Of a stretch of 64,000 nucleotides of DNA, positions 41,468 through 52,600 are shown piece by piece. Positions within the stretch are counted from its first letter, which is position 1; each line of letters starts with the position of its first letter. The notes beneath the pieces are model-generated. The model ran no database searches, was not told where the DNA came from, and saw only the letters and a program-made list of their open reading frames with translations. The position numbers and the translations under genes are program-made. The stretch lies in sequence record SRR31156797_4828; one strand, written 5' to 3'.

Positions 41468-42361
41468 CTAATACGGCAGTAGTGTGATCGCTTGCGCCAA
41501 TTCTTCTAAAAGATGCGTCGTTTTATAGTCCTCAAATGCCTCATGATGGTTTCGCAGCAGCGTCCGAACTTTCGTTGGCGAATATGCTTCTGCTAAGTGA
41601 TTTTCCATAACGAACCGGCGGGTCAACTGCCATTCATAATAGTAGCCGAAGGGGCGGCAATAGTAGCTGGTTCCCGCAAGTTCTTTTTTCTCAAAGCGTC
41701 GATGGGTATGCCCAAAGACAACTGCCCGAACATTGGCGTAGCGGTCGATCACTGCGCCAAAATCGGGCGACCCTAAAAACGCATTTAGGTGGTTCCAGCG
41801 GGCATACTTGCCGGTCTGACGAACAATAAACGCTTCTTGGGGCACAAAATGGGTAGAAAGAAGAATTTCTTGGTCTTGCGGCAAACGGGCCAATGTTTCC
41901 GCTAAACGCTCATTGATGGCTTGGCTGATTTCCTTATCCGATCCCTTTCGCTGAATCATGCGGTCATACCAAAACAAATTTTTCAGCCGCAAGATCTCAG
42001 ATTCACTGGTCAGATCAGAATATTGGTAGTCATACCAGCCATTGATTCCCAACAGCAGTGTTTTTTCTGATAAGCGATACGTCTGAAAATTAAGAAAGGC
42101 GGGATCATCGAAAGCCTCGATCTCTTGTTCCGTCAAGTCCACCATTTCATGATTGCCCCAGTGAAAGGTCGTTGGCACCTGTCGACTTTGAAAAAATGCG
42201 ACCACGTCTAATAGCCGTTGCTTTTTATTCGCCACATCTCCTGCCAGATGCAGATGGGTCACCTGATTTTGCTGCAAATAATCAGCGATCAGCTGCAGAT
42301 GGGGGTCGAATAATTGGTTGATATCGACGTGCAAGTCGCTAATAACCGCCAGCGTGCCCAT
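41468..42361 (-). CDS. Calcineurin-like metallophosphoesterase
   Basis: SDLH, GD, GNHE, HFVP and GHTH motifs. Confidence 0.9.
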   Translation of the reverse strand: MGTLAVISDLHVDINQLFDPHLQLIADYLQQNQVTHLHLAGDVANKKQRLLDVVAFFQSRQVPTTFHWGNHEMVDLTEQEIEAFDDPAFLNFQTYRLSEKTLLLGINGWYDYQYSDLTSESEILRLKNLFWYDRMIQRKGSDKEISQAINERLAETLARLPQDQEILLSTHFVPQEAFIVRQTGKYARWNHLNAFLGSPDFGAVIDRYANVRAVVFGHTHRRFEKKELAGTSYYCRPFGYYYEWQLTRRFVMENHLAEAYSPTKVRTLLRNHHEAFEDYKTTHLLEELAQAITLLPY

Positions 42362-42362
42362 A

Positions 42363-42740
42363 TCAGTGGCCTGCCGTCTGCTGTTCGATCCGTAACAATT
42401 GGACATCATTAGCTAAGATCCCGCTATTTCCCACCAATTGCAACCGTTGATAGGTCGGTTCCACCTGCATCCGAGTCTGTTCTTCTAAATACACCTGAGC
42501 CCCTTGCTTCAACCAAATCGTGCCTAAGGGTGTCGTTAAAGGGGTGTCGTAGATCGCCAATCCTTCTTCTGGATAGCTCTGTGGCACGATGATCAGGCGA
42601 AAATGGATGTCCAAACGGCAGGTGATCTCCGTTGCAGGAAACGGACCGACGCCGTCTTCAAAATCCAAATAGAGACGATCATCTGGCTGTACATAAGAGG
42701 TTATTTTTTCAATTGCTGCTGGCTCAATGTTCAGTTCCAT
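42363..42740 (-). CDS. HesB/IscA-like Fe-S-biosynthesis-family protein
   Basis: IEPAAIEKI...LDFEDGVGPF...C pattern typical of lactic-acid-bacterial members. Confidence 0.6.
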   Translation of the reverse strand: MELNIEPAAIEKITSYVQPDDRLYLDFEDGVGPFPATEITCRLDIHFRLIIVPQSYPEEGLAIYDTPLTTPLGTIWLKQGAQVYLEEQTRMQVEPTYQRLQLVGNSGILANDVQLLRIEQQTAGH

Positions 42741-42755
42741 GACGAGAGCCCTCCT

Positions 42756-43325
42756 TTACATAATACGTTTTTTCCATTCCTCCAGCGTGATGCCGCGCGT
42801 GACTTCATCGATGATTTCTTCACCCGATTTGCGGGCAGCTGGGATCGTTGCTTCCAATTTCATCCCAATTTTCTCCATGACCCGTCCAGACTTGGGATTT
42901 CGAGCATCATGTCGAGCAAAAATCCGAATCAATTCGAGTGTTTCAAAACCAAAATGCAGCAGTGTCATTGCCGCTTCTGGCATGATCCCTTGCCCCCAGT
43001 AATCGCGACTTAATGTATAACCAAGCTCAGCGATCTCTTTTTCAGATTCCACCCGTAAATCGATGGTCCCGATCATTTTGCCTGAGTCTTTTTCTTCGAT
43101 CGCATATTTCCCTAAGGGTGCAGCAACAAAATACTCGGCAATGCGCAGTTTTGTTTCGTCAACCGACCCATGTCTAGCAAAGACGAAGGTCGTCGTTTCT
43201 TCATCATTTGCATAGGCAAACATGTCTGCTGCATCCGCCAAGGAAACGGGGCGCAAGAGCAGCCTCGGTGTCTCCAACCGCTGATTTTCTGCTAATAATA
43301 GCAAATGTCGTTCTTTTGTTGTCAT
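42756..43325 (-). CDS. GNAT acetyltransferase (RimJ/RimL-like)
   Basis: LETPRLLLRP, ELGY, YWGQG, NPKSGRVMEKIGM. Confidence 0.9.
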   Translation of the reverse strand: MTTKERHLLLLAENQRLETPRLLLRPVSLADAADMFAYANDEETTTFVFARHGSVDETKLRIAEYFVAAPLGKYAIEEKDSGKMIGTIDLRVESEKEIAELGYTLSRDYWGQGIMPEAAMTLLHFGFETLELIRIFARHDARNPKSGRVMEKIGMKLEATIPAARKSGEEIIDEVTRGITLEEWKKRIM

Positions 43326-43432
43326 AGGATCCCTACTTTCTATCAGAACTCTCTCACGATCGCACCCCTCTTTTGCTATTTGTTGGATATGCTATAATAA
43401 GCATAAGTAAACGCTTTGAGGAGGATACTTCA

Positions 43433-43885
43433 ATGTCAGACGAATTAGAAAAACGCCTTGATACAGGAATGTATGGGACGCCTCGCGTCAACCCAGATGA
43501 ACAGCGCAAGTATTTAGGCACGTTTCGTGAACGGTGTTATCTTAGTATGACAGTAACAGAAATGAAGAAGAAGGACAACCAGAAAACGCTCTTGAACGCC
43601 TTACCAGATTATCAAGGTGCGCTCGTGCTGCTCAACGGAAAATTGCCAGAATCGATCCAGACCGATTACATCACTTTACTGACCAAACAACAGATGGAAT
43701 TTCGGATCGTCTCCGATGCCCAAGATGCCGGTCCAGACAGTATCGGCTTGCTGATTGCCGGGAAAGAAGCCGTCAATCAAGACGTCATCGATATCGAAAA
43801 AAAATACCCTGCAGCTGCCGCTCCATCAGATAAAGAGCACGAACAACCAGAGAAAACGTCATTTTGGAAACGTCTTTTCCATTAA
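43433..43885 (+). CDS. YueI/DUF1694-family protein
   Basis: PDEQRKYLGTFRER motif; GAGGAGG RBS. Confidence 0.8.
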   Translation: MSDELEKRLDTGMYGTPRVNPDEQRKYLGTFRERCYLSMTVTEMKKKDNQKTLLNALPDYQGALVLLNGKLPESIQTDYITLLTKQQMEFRIVSDAQDAGPDSIGLLIAGKEAVNQDVIDIEKKYPAAAAPSDKEHEQPEKTSFWKRLFH

Positions 43886-43899
43886 AAGGAGGAACTATC

Positions 43900-44319
43900 A
43901 TGGAACAATCAACACCGCCCTACCTTTCATTAAAGAAAGAACTGCTTGATGCTTTGGATTTGCATATCGATTTGTTGAAAACGGCCCCTACGATCGAATC
44001 GAGCCATCTGGATGGCGTATTGTTCATGATGCGCAGCTTGGGTTTTATGCTGGATCGCGCTCCGAAAGTACTCCTACTGGAGGATCAGAATGAAATGAAC
44101 TTTATGATGTTTCAATATTATAGCCTCCTGTCGGAACTGAAGTACAATCTCGTTTTAAACTTTCCCTATGCCTCGATTCAAGGCGTACCGTTATTGACCT
44201 TGATCCAACGTTTTCCTACCACGTATGAAAAAGAAATGAAACAATGGTGGGAAGCCCGAACGGGTCTCAAGGTGGAAGAAACAAAACAAACGATTGAGAT
44301 CGCTGCTTTTGAATCCTAA
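43900..44319 (+). CDS. Hypothetical protein
   Basis: AGGAGG RBS; 139-aa ORF followed by a terminator. Confidence 0.75.
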   Translation: MEQSTPPYLSLKKELLDALDLHIDLLKTAPTIESSHLDGVLFMMRSLGFMLDRAPKVLLLEDQNEMNFMMFQYYSLLSELKYNLVLNFPYASIQGVPLLTLIQRFPTTYEKEMKQWWEARTGLKVEETKQTIEIAAFES

Positions 44320-44374
44320 TAAAAAAGACTGCACACTTTCGAAGGGAATCACCTTCCAGAGTGTGCAGTTCTTT
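44320..44374. terminator. Bidirectional terminator
   Basis: ACTGCACACT...AGTGTGCAGT inverted repeat flanked by A and T runs. Confidence 0.7.
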
Positions 44375-44390
44375 GCTCTCTAAGCTTCCA

Positions 44391-46655
44391 TCAGCTTTCG
44401 AAGACTTCAGGGAACAACAGGCGTAAAACAGACATAGTTAAGCGTCGGCCTTTCCCGCTGTATGGATAAACGTGCATATGCATCGCTGGGTTGAAATTGG
44501 CTTCAATGATTCCATAAGCCCCCGGTTCATTGGCTGGCTTGGTTTTATCTGGAATAATCAGATCGATTCCACTGATAGACGCTTGTAATGCGGCGACCGC
44601 ATCGACTGCTACTTGTTTGTAGTCATCGTTGAAGTCATCCGTTACATCGATAGAATCACCGCCAGTACTGATATTCGAGTTTTCTCGCAGATAAACGATC
44701 TGCCCCTCTTCGGGTACTGAATCCACTTGATACCCTTGCTCTTTTAACATCAGTTGTTCCAGTTCCCCTAATTGAATCAACTCTAATGGAGTCCGATGAT
44801 GGGTGCCGCGCAATGGATCGAGATTTTTCTCTGCGACGAGTTCCGTGATCGTACGCTTGCCGTCACCCACGACATTGGCTGGGATACGTAATAAAATCGC
44901 ATCGACTCGCCCATCGATCACGAAGAACCGATATTCCGTCCCTGATAAAAAGGTCTCAACGAGGATCGAATCATCTTCCGCAAAGGCAATGGCGACCGCC
45001 GCTTGATAATCCTCTAAAGAGGCGCCTTCTTTGAAAATCGAGATACCGATCCCATAGTTGGTGGTTTTCGGTTTTACCACAAACCCGCTGTGGGCGATTT
45101 GCGGATAAAACGCGATTGCTTCTTCTGCCGAAGCGAATTCAGCGCCACCTGGTACATGAAAGCCATTTTCGGCTAAGATTTTTTTGGTGACCGTTTTATT
45201 CGCCATGATCAATGGGACGATGTACTGATCCTTACTGGTCATATTGGCATTTTTAATATATTCGATGTGGTCTTTCACGGCTAATTTCAAGAACTGATCC
45301 GTTTCATCCAGTACCGTCACTTCGATACCTTTTTGGATCGCATCGAACAAGAGAATCTGGGTCGACAATTCCATTGCTCGAAAACCAGCCAATTGATACG
45401 GTTTTTCCCAAGCAGCTTGATGATACGATTGTCCCAGCAATGTTGCTGTCTGCGCTTGGCTGGTTGCTTGACTCGCTGAGAAAAGACGTCCAGCGAAGGT
45501 TCTTTCTGGTTCAGCCAGCATCTCAGAAAGCTGATCCAAAAATGGCGGATGCGGCAGCTCAAGGGCTTGGGCAAAGTCCATCATCTCAGCAATCAGTGCT
45601 TGTGCTTCTTGCTGATAAGTCAATGGTGCAAGTGGGTGTTCTAATGCGACCTGATCATTTTTCTGATTGCCCTCTTCGATCCACGCATCCGCATCGCTGC
45701 CTTCTTCTTTTGTACTTAAAAACAATAAGAAGAAATGCAAGAACGCGACTTGCTCTTTGGAAATGCCATAGCGGGCAAAGGGATCGATATCGATATTTCT
45801 TAACTCAATATAACGGATACCAGCTGAGGCTAGATCTGCGACCCGTTTTCCCCCACGTAAACGCACTGGCGCATAAAATTCTTTTTCTTCTGAAAGCTTT
45901 CCTGTCTCCACTAAGTTGGCAATATCTGCAAGATAGGTCTCTAACGAAGCATAAGATACCTTGACGTCTTCGTGATTCGTGTAGCCATAACGGCTATTGC
46001 GAATACTGCGGACTGGTTCTTGCGGTCCGTTTTCTATCGTAAAATAATTGGCTTCTGAAGCAGGGGTCGCCCCAAAGAAATACGTCAAAAACCAGCGATA
46101 ATGCAAATAATTGCGAGTTACTTTCAAATAAAGCGCCGTTTTAAAGGCTTGATAGCTTTCATTCGTTTCAGACAAAGCATACAGCTGCTGTAAAAAGTCT
46201 TCCGCAAATTCGAAATTGAAATGAATCCCACTGACCATTTGCTTGCGGCGACCATAAGTTTTGGCTAAATAGCGGCGGTAGAGCACATCTTCAAATTGGT
46301 CTAATTTAGCAATGACGATGTCTTCTTCTTTTTCTGGTAAAGCCGGTGGCATACTCAATGGCCAGAGCATTTCTTCTGCTGACATCGAACGATACGCCAC
46401 ATCATGAATAGCCCCTAAAAAACGGAACAATTCATCCACTGAATCAGCGACCGGCGTGATCAGTTCCAGTTGATTTTCCGCAAAATCTGTTTGGATATAC
46501 GGATGGAAGCGCCGATTGCCCAGCGCTTTAGGATGATCGGTTCCCGCGAACGTCCCATCGAGCCGCACCCGTTGCGCTTCACGCTCAATCCCATAGCGTC
46601 CTTTCAATAAATAGGGAAAAAGCTCTTTATGTGATAACAATGTTTTTATTTTCAT
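44391..46655 (-). CDS. gshF: Bifunctional glutamate-cysteine ligase / glutathione synthetase
   Basis: GIERE, QTDFAENQLELITP, SGIHFNF (GshA) fused to an ATP-grasp domain (VVKP, SNISTGGDSID, IEANFNP). Confidence 0.95.
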   Translation of the reverse strand: MKIKTLLSHKELFPYLLKGRYGIEREAQRVRLDGTFAGTDHPKALGNRRFHPYIQTDFAENQLELITPVADSVDELFRFLGAIHDVAYRSMSAEEMLWPLSMPPALPEKEEDIVIAKLDQFEDVLYRRYLAKTYGRRKQMVSGIHFNFEFAEDFLQQLYALSETNESYQAFKTALYLKVTRNYLHYRWFLTYFFGATPASEANYFTIENGPQEPVRSIRNSRYGYTNHEDVKVSYASLETYLADIANLVETGKLSEEKEFYAPVRLRGGKRVADLASAGIRYIELRNIDIDPFARYGISKEQVAFLHFFLLFLSTKEEGSDADAWIEEGNQKNDQVALEHPLAPLTYQQEAQALIAEMMDFAQALELPHPPFLDQLSEMLAEPERTFAGRLFSASQATSQAQTATLLGQSYHQAAWEKPYQLAGFRAMELSTQILLFDAIQKGIEVTVLDETDQFLKLAVKDHIEYIKNANMTSKDQYIVPLIMANKTVTKKILAENGFHVPGGAEFASAEEAIAFYPQIAHSGFVVKPKTTNYGIGISIFKEGASLEDYQAAVAIAFAEDDSILVETFLSGTEYRFFVIDGRVDAILLRIPANVVGDGKRTITELVAEKNLDPLRGTHHRTPLELIQLGELEQLMLKEQGYQVDSVPEEGQIVYLRENSNISTGGDSIDVTDDFNDDYKQVAVDAVAALQASISGIDLIIPDKTKPANEPGAYGIIEANFNPAMHMHVYPYSGKGRRLTMSVLRLLFPEVFES

Positions 46656-46899
46656 TCGACTGCCCTCTATGTTCTTCTACTATTTTTTTCTTATATTCTG
46701 TTTCTTTCCATCTATTATAGTGAAAAATGGTGAAAAATGCAGAAATTTGCTCTTCACTTGTAATATCTCTTACTAAAATTACCAAGAATTTATAAAATAC
46801 TTGAATAAATTTGATATTTACCTTCAAAATAAAGTATACTGCTTATAGAACAGTAAATTATTATGTCCATATTACTCTTTTTGAAAGGAAGAATAGTGA

Positions 46900-47268
46900 A
46901 TGAAGCCACTTAATCTTACCAAACGCGAACGTCAAATCATGAATATCTTCTGGAATTCAGACAAACCTCTTTCTGCAAATGACATTGCTGTCCAACAGCA
47001 AGATCTAAGCAAGAATACCATTCAAGCAGTCGTACGTAAACTAAAAAACCACGACTTATTGAAAGTAGCAGATATCGGCTACAGCGGTACTGTTTTGACT
47101 CGGTTATATTCTCCGAATGTGACCCAAGAAGACTTCTTAGCAGCAGAATTGTCTGATCAATCTTTATTGAATTTGATTACGAACTTTATCGAAACCAATA
47201 AAGATATCGATACGTTGAACAACTTGGAAAAAATGATCACTGAGCGCCAAGGGGAACTTAAGAAATAA
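46900..47268 (+). CDS. BlaI/MecI/CopY-family transcriptional repressor
   Basis: LTKRERQIMNIFW...NTIQAVVRKL winged helix; C-terminal L..F..dimerisation helix. Confidence 0.85.
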   Translation: MKPLNLTKRERQIMNIFWNSDKPLSANDIAVQQQDLSKNTIQAVVRKLKNHDLLKVADIGYSGTVLTRLYSPNVTQEDFLAAELSDQSLLNLITNFIETNKDIDTLNNLEKMITERQGELKK

Positions 47269-47550
47269 TCTTTCCCCCTCGTTCAACTCGTTGTATTCTG
47301 CCTGATACTTCCCAAAGTTTTTAGACAGTGCAGAAGAAAACGAATCGTTCAAACTGCTTTTCCTGATTTTTGGCAAAGTCGTGCATCGCTGTACCCACAT
47401 TTGCCACGCCAAGTGTTCTCAGCTTTCCGTCACAAGTCAAGCTCATGGAAAGAGACGACGACCCGTTTTCTCTTCCCTTTGATCTCACAAAAGCAACAAT
47501 AAAGGAGAGCCATGTGCAGGTATTTGACCTGACACAGGGCTCTTCTTTTT

Positions 47551-48843
47551 TTATTCTTTGATCAAGCCTTTGAATAAGCCGACGACAAATTCATTTGGAT
47601 CAAATGGTTCTAAATCGTTGATGCCTTCTCCAAGTCCCACTAATTTGACTGGCAGCCGTAGCTCGTTACGGATCGCCAAGACGATCCCTCCTTTAGCTGT
47701 ACCATCAAGTTTGGTTAAGACGAGGCCAGAAACATCCGTCGTCTCTTTAAACTGTTTTGCTTGATTCATGGCATTTTGCCCCGTTGTTGCATCCAACACG
47801 AGCAAGACTTCATGAGGGGCCGTTGGGTCCACTCGCTGAATGATCCGTTTGATTTTTTCTAATTCGTTCATCAAATTGACTTTGTTTTGCAAACGGCCAG
47901 CTGTATCTACTAATAAAACGTCAGCATTTTCTCGTTTTGCGCGCTCCATCGCATCAAACACAACCGCTGCTGGATCGCCTCCTGCATTGCCACGAACGAC
48001 TTCAACCCCAGCCCGTTCACCCCAGACCACTAATTGATCGATGGCACCGGCACGGAAAGTATCCGCTGCAGCCAATAAGACTTTCTTGCCTTCGGCTTTG
48101 AATTGATGGGCTAATTTCCCGATGCTGGTGGTTTTTCCAACACCGTTCACGCCAACAAATAAAATGACAGTCAACCCCGGTTGCATGTTCAACTCGTTGA
48201 CTTCACCGACACCCGCTTCCCCATATAGGTCAACCAGTTTTTCGATGATGACATTTTGGACATCTGCCGTTTTCTTCACATTACGCAATTTGACTTCTTG
48301 TCTCAATGAATCCGCGATCTTCATCGCCGCATCAAAGCCGACGTCTGCGCCGATCAGCGTTTCTTCCACTTCTTCGAAGAAGTCTTCGTCCACCGTACGG
48401 AAGTTGGCAAACAATTCGTTCATCCGTTGCCCAAAGGTTTTCCGTGATTTCGTCAATCCTTTGGTGTATTTGTCCTGCACACTTTCCGTCTCTGGCGCTG
48501 CTTGAAGGATTGGTTCAGAAGCTGGTACTTCCTCTGATGGTGTATCCTTAGCCACTTCTTCTGGAATACTTGGTGCCTCTTCTCCTTTATTCGCTGTCGT
48601 TGCTTCTTGCTGTGGGGACACTTCCGCAGTTTCTTGCTCTGCCTCCAAATCACTGGAGTCGGCGGCGTCTGCAGGTGCCACTGGTTCTGAAGCTTCATGT
48701 TCAGCAGGAGTTTGTGCTGGCTGTCTTTCTTCTGAACGCTGTGCCTCTGATGAGTCAGCATCGACTATCGGTTTGTCGATTTCTTGCTCTGCTTCTTTGG
48801 TTTCTCCAATCAGCGCTTTTTTGATTTTGTCAAAAAATCCCAT
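47551..48843 (-). CDS. ftsY: SRP receptor FtsY
   Basis: [31 protein letters not shown]; acidic N-terminal extension. Confidence 0.97.
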   Translation of the reverse strand: MGFFDKIKKALIGETKEAEQEIDKPIVDADSSEAQRSEERQPAQTPAEHEASEPVAPADAADSSDLEAEQETAEVSPQQEATTANKGEEAPSIPEEVAKDTPSEEVPASEPILQAAPETESVQDKYTKGLTKSRKTFGQRMNELFANFRTVDEDFFEEVEETLIGADVGFDAAMKIADSLRQEVKLRNVKKTADVQNVIIEKLVDLYGEAGVGEVNELNMQPGLTVILFVGVNGVGKTTSIGKLAHQFKAEGKKVLLAAADTFRAGAIDQLVVWGERAGVEVVRGNAGGDPAAVVFDAMERAKRENADVLLVDTAGRLQNKVNLMNELEKIKRIIQRVDPTAPHEVLLVLDATTGQNAMNQAKQFKETTDVSGLVLTKLDGTAKGGIVLAIRNELRLPVKLVGLGEGINDLEPFDPNEFVVGLFKGLIKE

Positions 48844-48844
48844 C

Positions 48845-49663
48845 TTACGCACCTCCTTTTAAGACATATTCTTCAATCACTGCTGCCACACCGTCTTCTT
48901 GGTTTGAAAGGGTGACAACGTCAGCCGCTTCTTTAATGATTGGCACGGCATTGGCCATCGCTACGCCAATCCCTGCATAGCGAATCATCGGCAAGTCATT
49001 TTCTTCATCACCGATCGCCATCACTTCTTCTTGCTTGATCCCTAAATCTTGCGCCAATAGGCTGATACCATAGGCTTTGGTGATTCCTTTAGGCATAAAT
49101 TCCAACAGGTTATTCCGGCTTTTGATGATTTCATATTTCTCGCGGATCTCTGAGGAAATCTCAGGGATCTTAGGATCCAAAACTTCCTGATGGTAGGCGA
49201 TCACCGCTTTATTATAGAGCATCGATTCATCCAGATCAGCTACGGCAAAAGGACGACAATCCAATAAAGGATTCAAGGAGCCATAAATCGATGGATGCGC
49301 TGCTGAAGTCGGCAAACTCAAGACGATCTCTTCTGATACCACGTCTAGAGGCAAATTTAAGTCTTCCGCCACTGAAACCAATTCATGGATATCTGCCAGC
49401 TGCATCGCTGCTTTTTCAATGATCTCGCCGGTCTCATTTTTTTGAACCAAACCACCGTTAAAGGTGATACTGTAGTCGCCGGGTTCTTTCAGCGATAATT
49501 CTTCTAAATAGGGACGGATCGCCCGCAACGGACGTCCGGTACAAATAACGATTTTCACGCCTTGTGCTTTAGCACGAGCAAGTACCTCTTTGTTGCGAGG
49601 AGTCACTTCTTTTTTGTCATTCAATAACGTTCCGTCTAAATCGATCGCAATCAGTTTAATCAT
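48845..49663 (-). CDS. Cof-type HAD-IIB hydrolase
   Basis: DLDGTL, CTGR, GDEEND. Confidence 0.93.
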   Translation of the reverse strand: MIKLIAIDLDGTLLNDKKEVTPRNKEVLARAKAQGVKIVICTGRPLRAIRPYLEELSLKEPGDYSITFNGGLVQKNETGEIIEKAAMQLADIHELVSVAEDLNLPLDVVSEEIVLSLPTSAAHPSIYGSLNPLLDCRPFAVADLDESMLYNKAVIAYHQEVLDPKIPEISSEIREKYEIIKSRNNLLEFMPKGITKAYGISLLAQDLGIKQEEVMAIGDEENDLPMIRYAGIGVAMANAVPIIKEAADVVTLSNQEDGVAAVIEEYVLKGGA

Positions 49664-49675
49664 ACCATTCCTCCT

Positions 49676-52600
49676 CTATGCTTGATCTGCTGCAAAACTA
49701 CCGCCTTCACGCACTTCTTCTAAGCGCACGGACACTGTCTTCGACACTCCGGACTCTTGCATGGTCACACCATACAACACATCTGCGGCTTCCATCGTTC
49801 CTTTGCGGTGGGTCACGACGATAAACTGCGTATCATTTTGGAAAGCACTCAAGTAATGACCGAAACGAGAGACATTGGCTTCATCCAATGCTGCTTCCAC
49901 TTCGTCAAGCACACAAAACGGTACTGGACGAACTTGAATAATGGAAAACAATAACGCAATCGCAGTCAGTGCCCGTTCGCCCCCTGATAGCAAGCTGAGG
50001 TTTTGCAATTTCTTGCCCGGTGGTTGGGCTTCGATCTCAATCCCAGTGTTCAATAAATCTTTCGGATCTGTTAAGACTAATTCCGCATGACCGCCGCCAA
50101 ACATATTAGGAAATACTTGTTTGAATTGCAGACGAATCGCATCGAAGACTTCGCCGAAACGGGTTTTGACTTCTTCATCCATTTCAGACATCGTATCAAA
50201 CAGCTGTGCTTTAGCCGACAGCAGATCGTCTCGCTGACTCGTCAAGAACAAATGCCGTTGATTGACTTGCTCATATTGTTCGATCGCATTTAAATTGACT
50301 GGACCAATTTGTTCGATCGCTTGTTTTAGTTCCTGAATGTCGACTTTGGCTTGATCTGCATCCTCGATTTCAGAAAAATCTTGCGCGGCCTTTTCAAAGG
50401 TAAGATTGTATTCTTCTTGTAAATACAACAAGCGATTGTCCATCACCAATTCTGCGCGATTTTTTTCGATCTCAACTTCGGTTTTTTCTGACAGCTTTTC
50501 TTTTTGCGTTAAGTTTTCAGCACTCAGGGCTTCGTCTAATGCGCCGATTTCTTGTTGAACCACTTGCCGTTGTTCACGAATCACCGTCAATTCCGCTGTT
50601 ACCTGCTGCTTGGTTTTTGTGAATGCTTCAATTCGCTGAAGAATGTTTTCTTCTGAAAACTCATGATCGCTGACGTTACTTGTCAAGGCAGCTAACTGCC
50701 GTTCTAAGGAGTGCTGACGCGCTTCGTTTTCTTCCAATGCTTGATTCGTAGCGGCAATTTTTTGCTGCAAATGCGCCACTTGTTCTTTTTGAACGGCGAA
50801 AGCTGCCTGCAAGCGCGCACTTTCTTGTGCTAAGGTTTGGCGTTTTTCCTCGATCAAGTCTTCTTCGGCATTCATTTGATGAATATCTTGATCGATTTTC
50901 GCCAATTGCGCCGCAATATTCTTTTGCTGTTCTTCCAAACTCGTCTTCTTCTCATCATATTCTTCAAAGAAGGCTTGCACTTCGCGATGTTCAAAATCAA
51001 ACACTTGCTGCTCTTGCTTCAAGCGGCTCAGGTCATTCTCAAGATTTTGTAAGCGGCTTTGCAGCTCATGCTCCGTCATACGAGCCTGTTCCCCTTGCGT
51101 CCGCAATTCTTCTAGTGCTGCTTGTGCTTCTTTGGTCGCTGCTTCAAAATGCTGGACTTGCTTTTCCGTTTTTAAAAGCCGCTCATCCAGTTGTGTCGCT
51201 TGTGCCGTCAATTGTTGCAGCTCATTGCTTTGGCTAAACAAACTACCGGCATTTTTCTTCGTTGCGCCACCCGTCATGGAACCGCCAGCATTCATGACAT
51301 CCCCTTCTAAAGAAACGACCCGATAGCTATAGTTCAATGCCCGTGCTAACGCATTGGCACTTTGCAAGTCTTCGGCAATCAAGATACTGCCTAACAAGTT
51401 ATCCGTAATGGTTTGGATGTGTTCAGGCGACTGGACCAATTCGCTGGCAACACCGATAAAGCCAGACACTTGCTTAGCTTGATTGCGGGCATAATCTGGC
51501 AAATGACGGGCTTTGATGGTCGTCAACGGTAAGAAAGTGGCACGACCGCCGCGATTTTCTTTCAAATACGTGATGGCTGCCCGTGCATCTCGTTCATTTT
51601 CAACGACGACATGCTGTGCAGCGGCGCCTAGTGCGGTCTCGATCGCCACGGTATAGTCTTGTGGCACATCGATCAACTCCGCTACTGCGCCCACGATGCC
51701 GCTGATTTGCTGTTTGTTTTTCAAAATCAAGCGAACGCCTTGATAAAAACCGCTATAATTTTCTTGAATATCTTGCAGACTGCGCTGTTTCGCTCGTACT
51801 TGCTGCACTTGACTCATTAACTGATACATTTTCTTTTGTTCTTCATCAAAGCGTTTTTTGTTGGTCTGGGCTTTTTCTTGAAGATGGATGTATTGCTTGC
51901 GTTGTTCTTCTAAAATCGCCTTAGCCTGCGTTAGCTGTTCTTCCACGATTTGCGCTTCCGTCGTCTTTTCTTTCAACGACGTATTCATTTGCGTCTGCTT
52001 GCTCAACGCCGTTTGATTTTTCGCGGCTTCTTGCTGGTATTGACGCTCCAAGTATTTCAATTCGTTTCCGATCGTTGCCTGCTCTTGCATGGCTTCGACA
52101 TATTGGCTACGCAATTCTTCAATGATTTCTTTTGCTGAACGTTGGTACTTTTCCCGCTCTTGCTGACACGCCAGCATCGCTGCTTCAACTTCCTGCACAC
52201 TCCGATTCTTTTGTGAAAGCAAGCCAATCAGTTCCGCTTTTTCTTCATTTAAAAGCGTGATCCGTTCCGTAACTTCCTCTAGGGTTTCTTGGTATTCCGC
52301 GGAGCTTTTTTGCGTATGTTTTGATCGCTCATCTAAGACTTCTTTTTGCCCTTCGGCTTGCTTCAGTCCTTCGGTGACCTCTAAAAGCTGCTGATTCAAA
52401 CGCTCCAACGTTTCATCAAAGGCGGTACGTTGTTGCCGCAAAGAATGTAGCGACAGTTCCCCTTGGTTGATCTTTTCGGAAATCTGCGCCAGTTCTTGGT
52501 TAAAGGTACTCAGTTGAGCTTTGGCTGTCTCCCACGCTTCTTTTGCTTTCGTGATCTCTAAGACCGCATAGGCCACATCAACCGTCGTCAATTTTTCTTT

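Noticed and set aside
45374-45964. 196-aa plus-strand ORF
   Set aside because: Antisense to gshF; no recognisable motifs.
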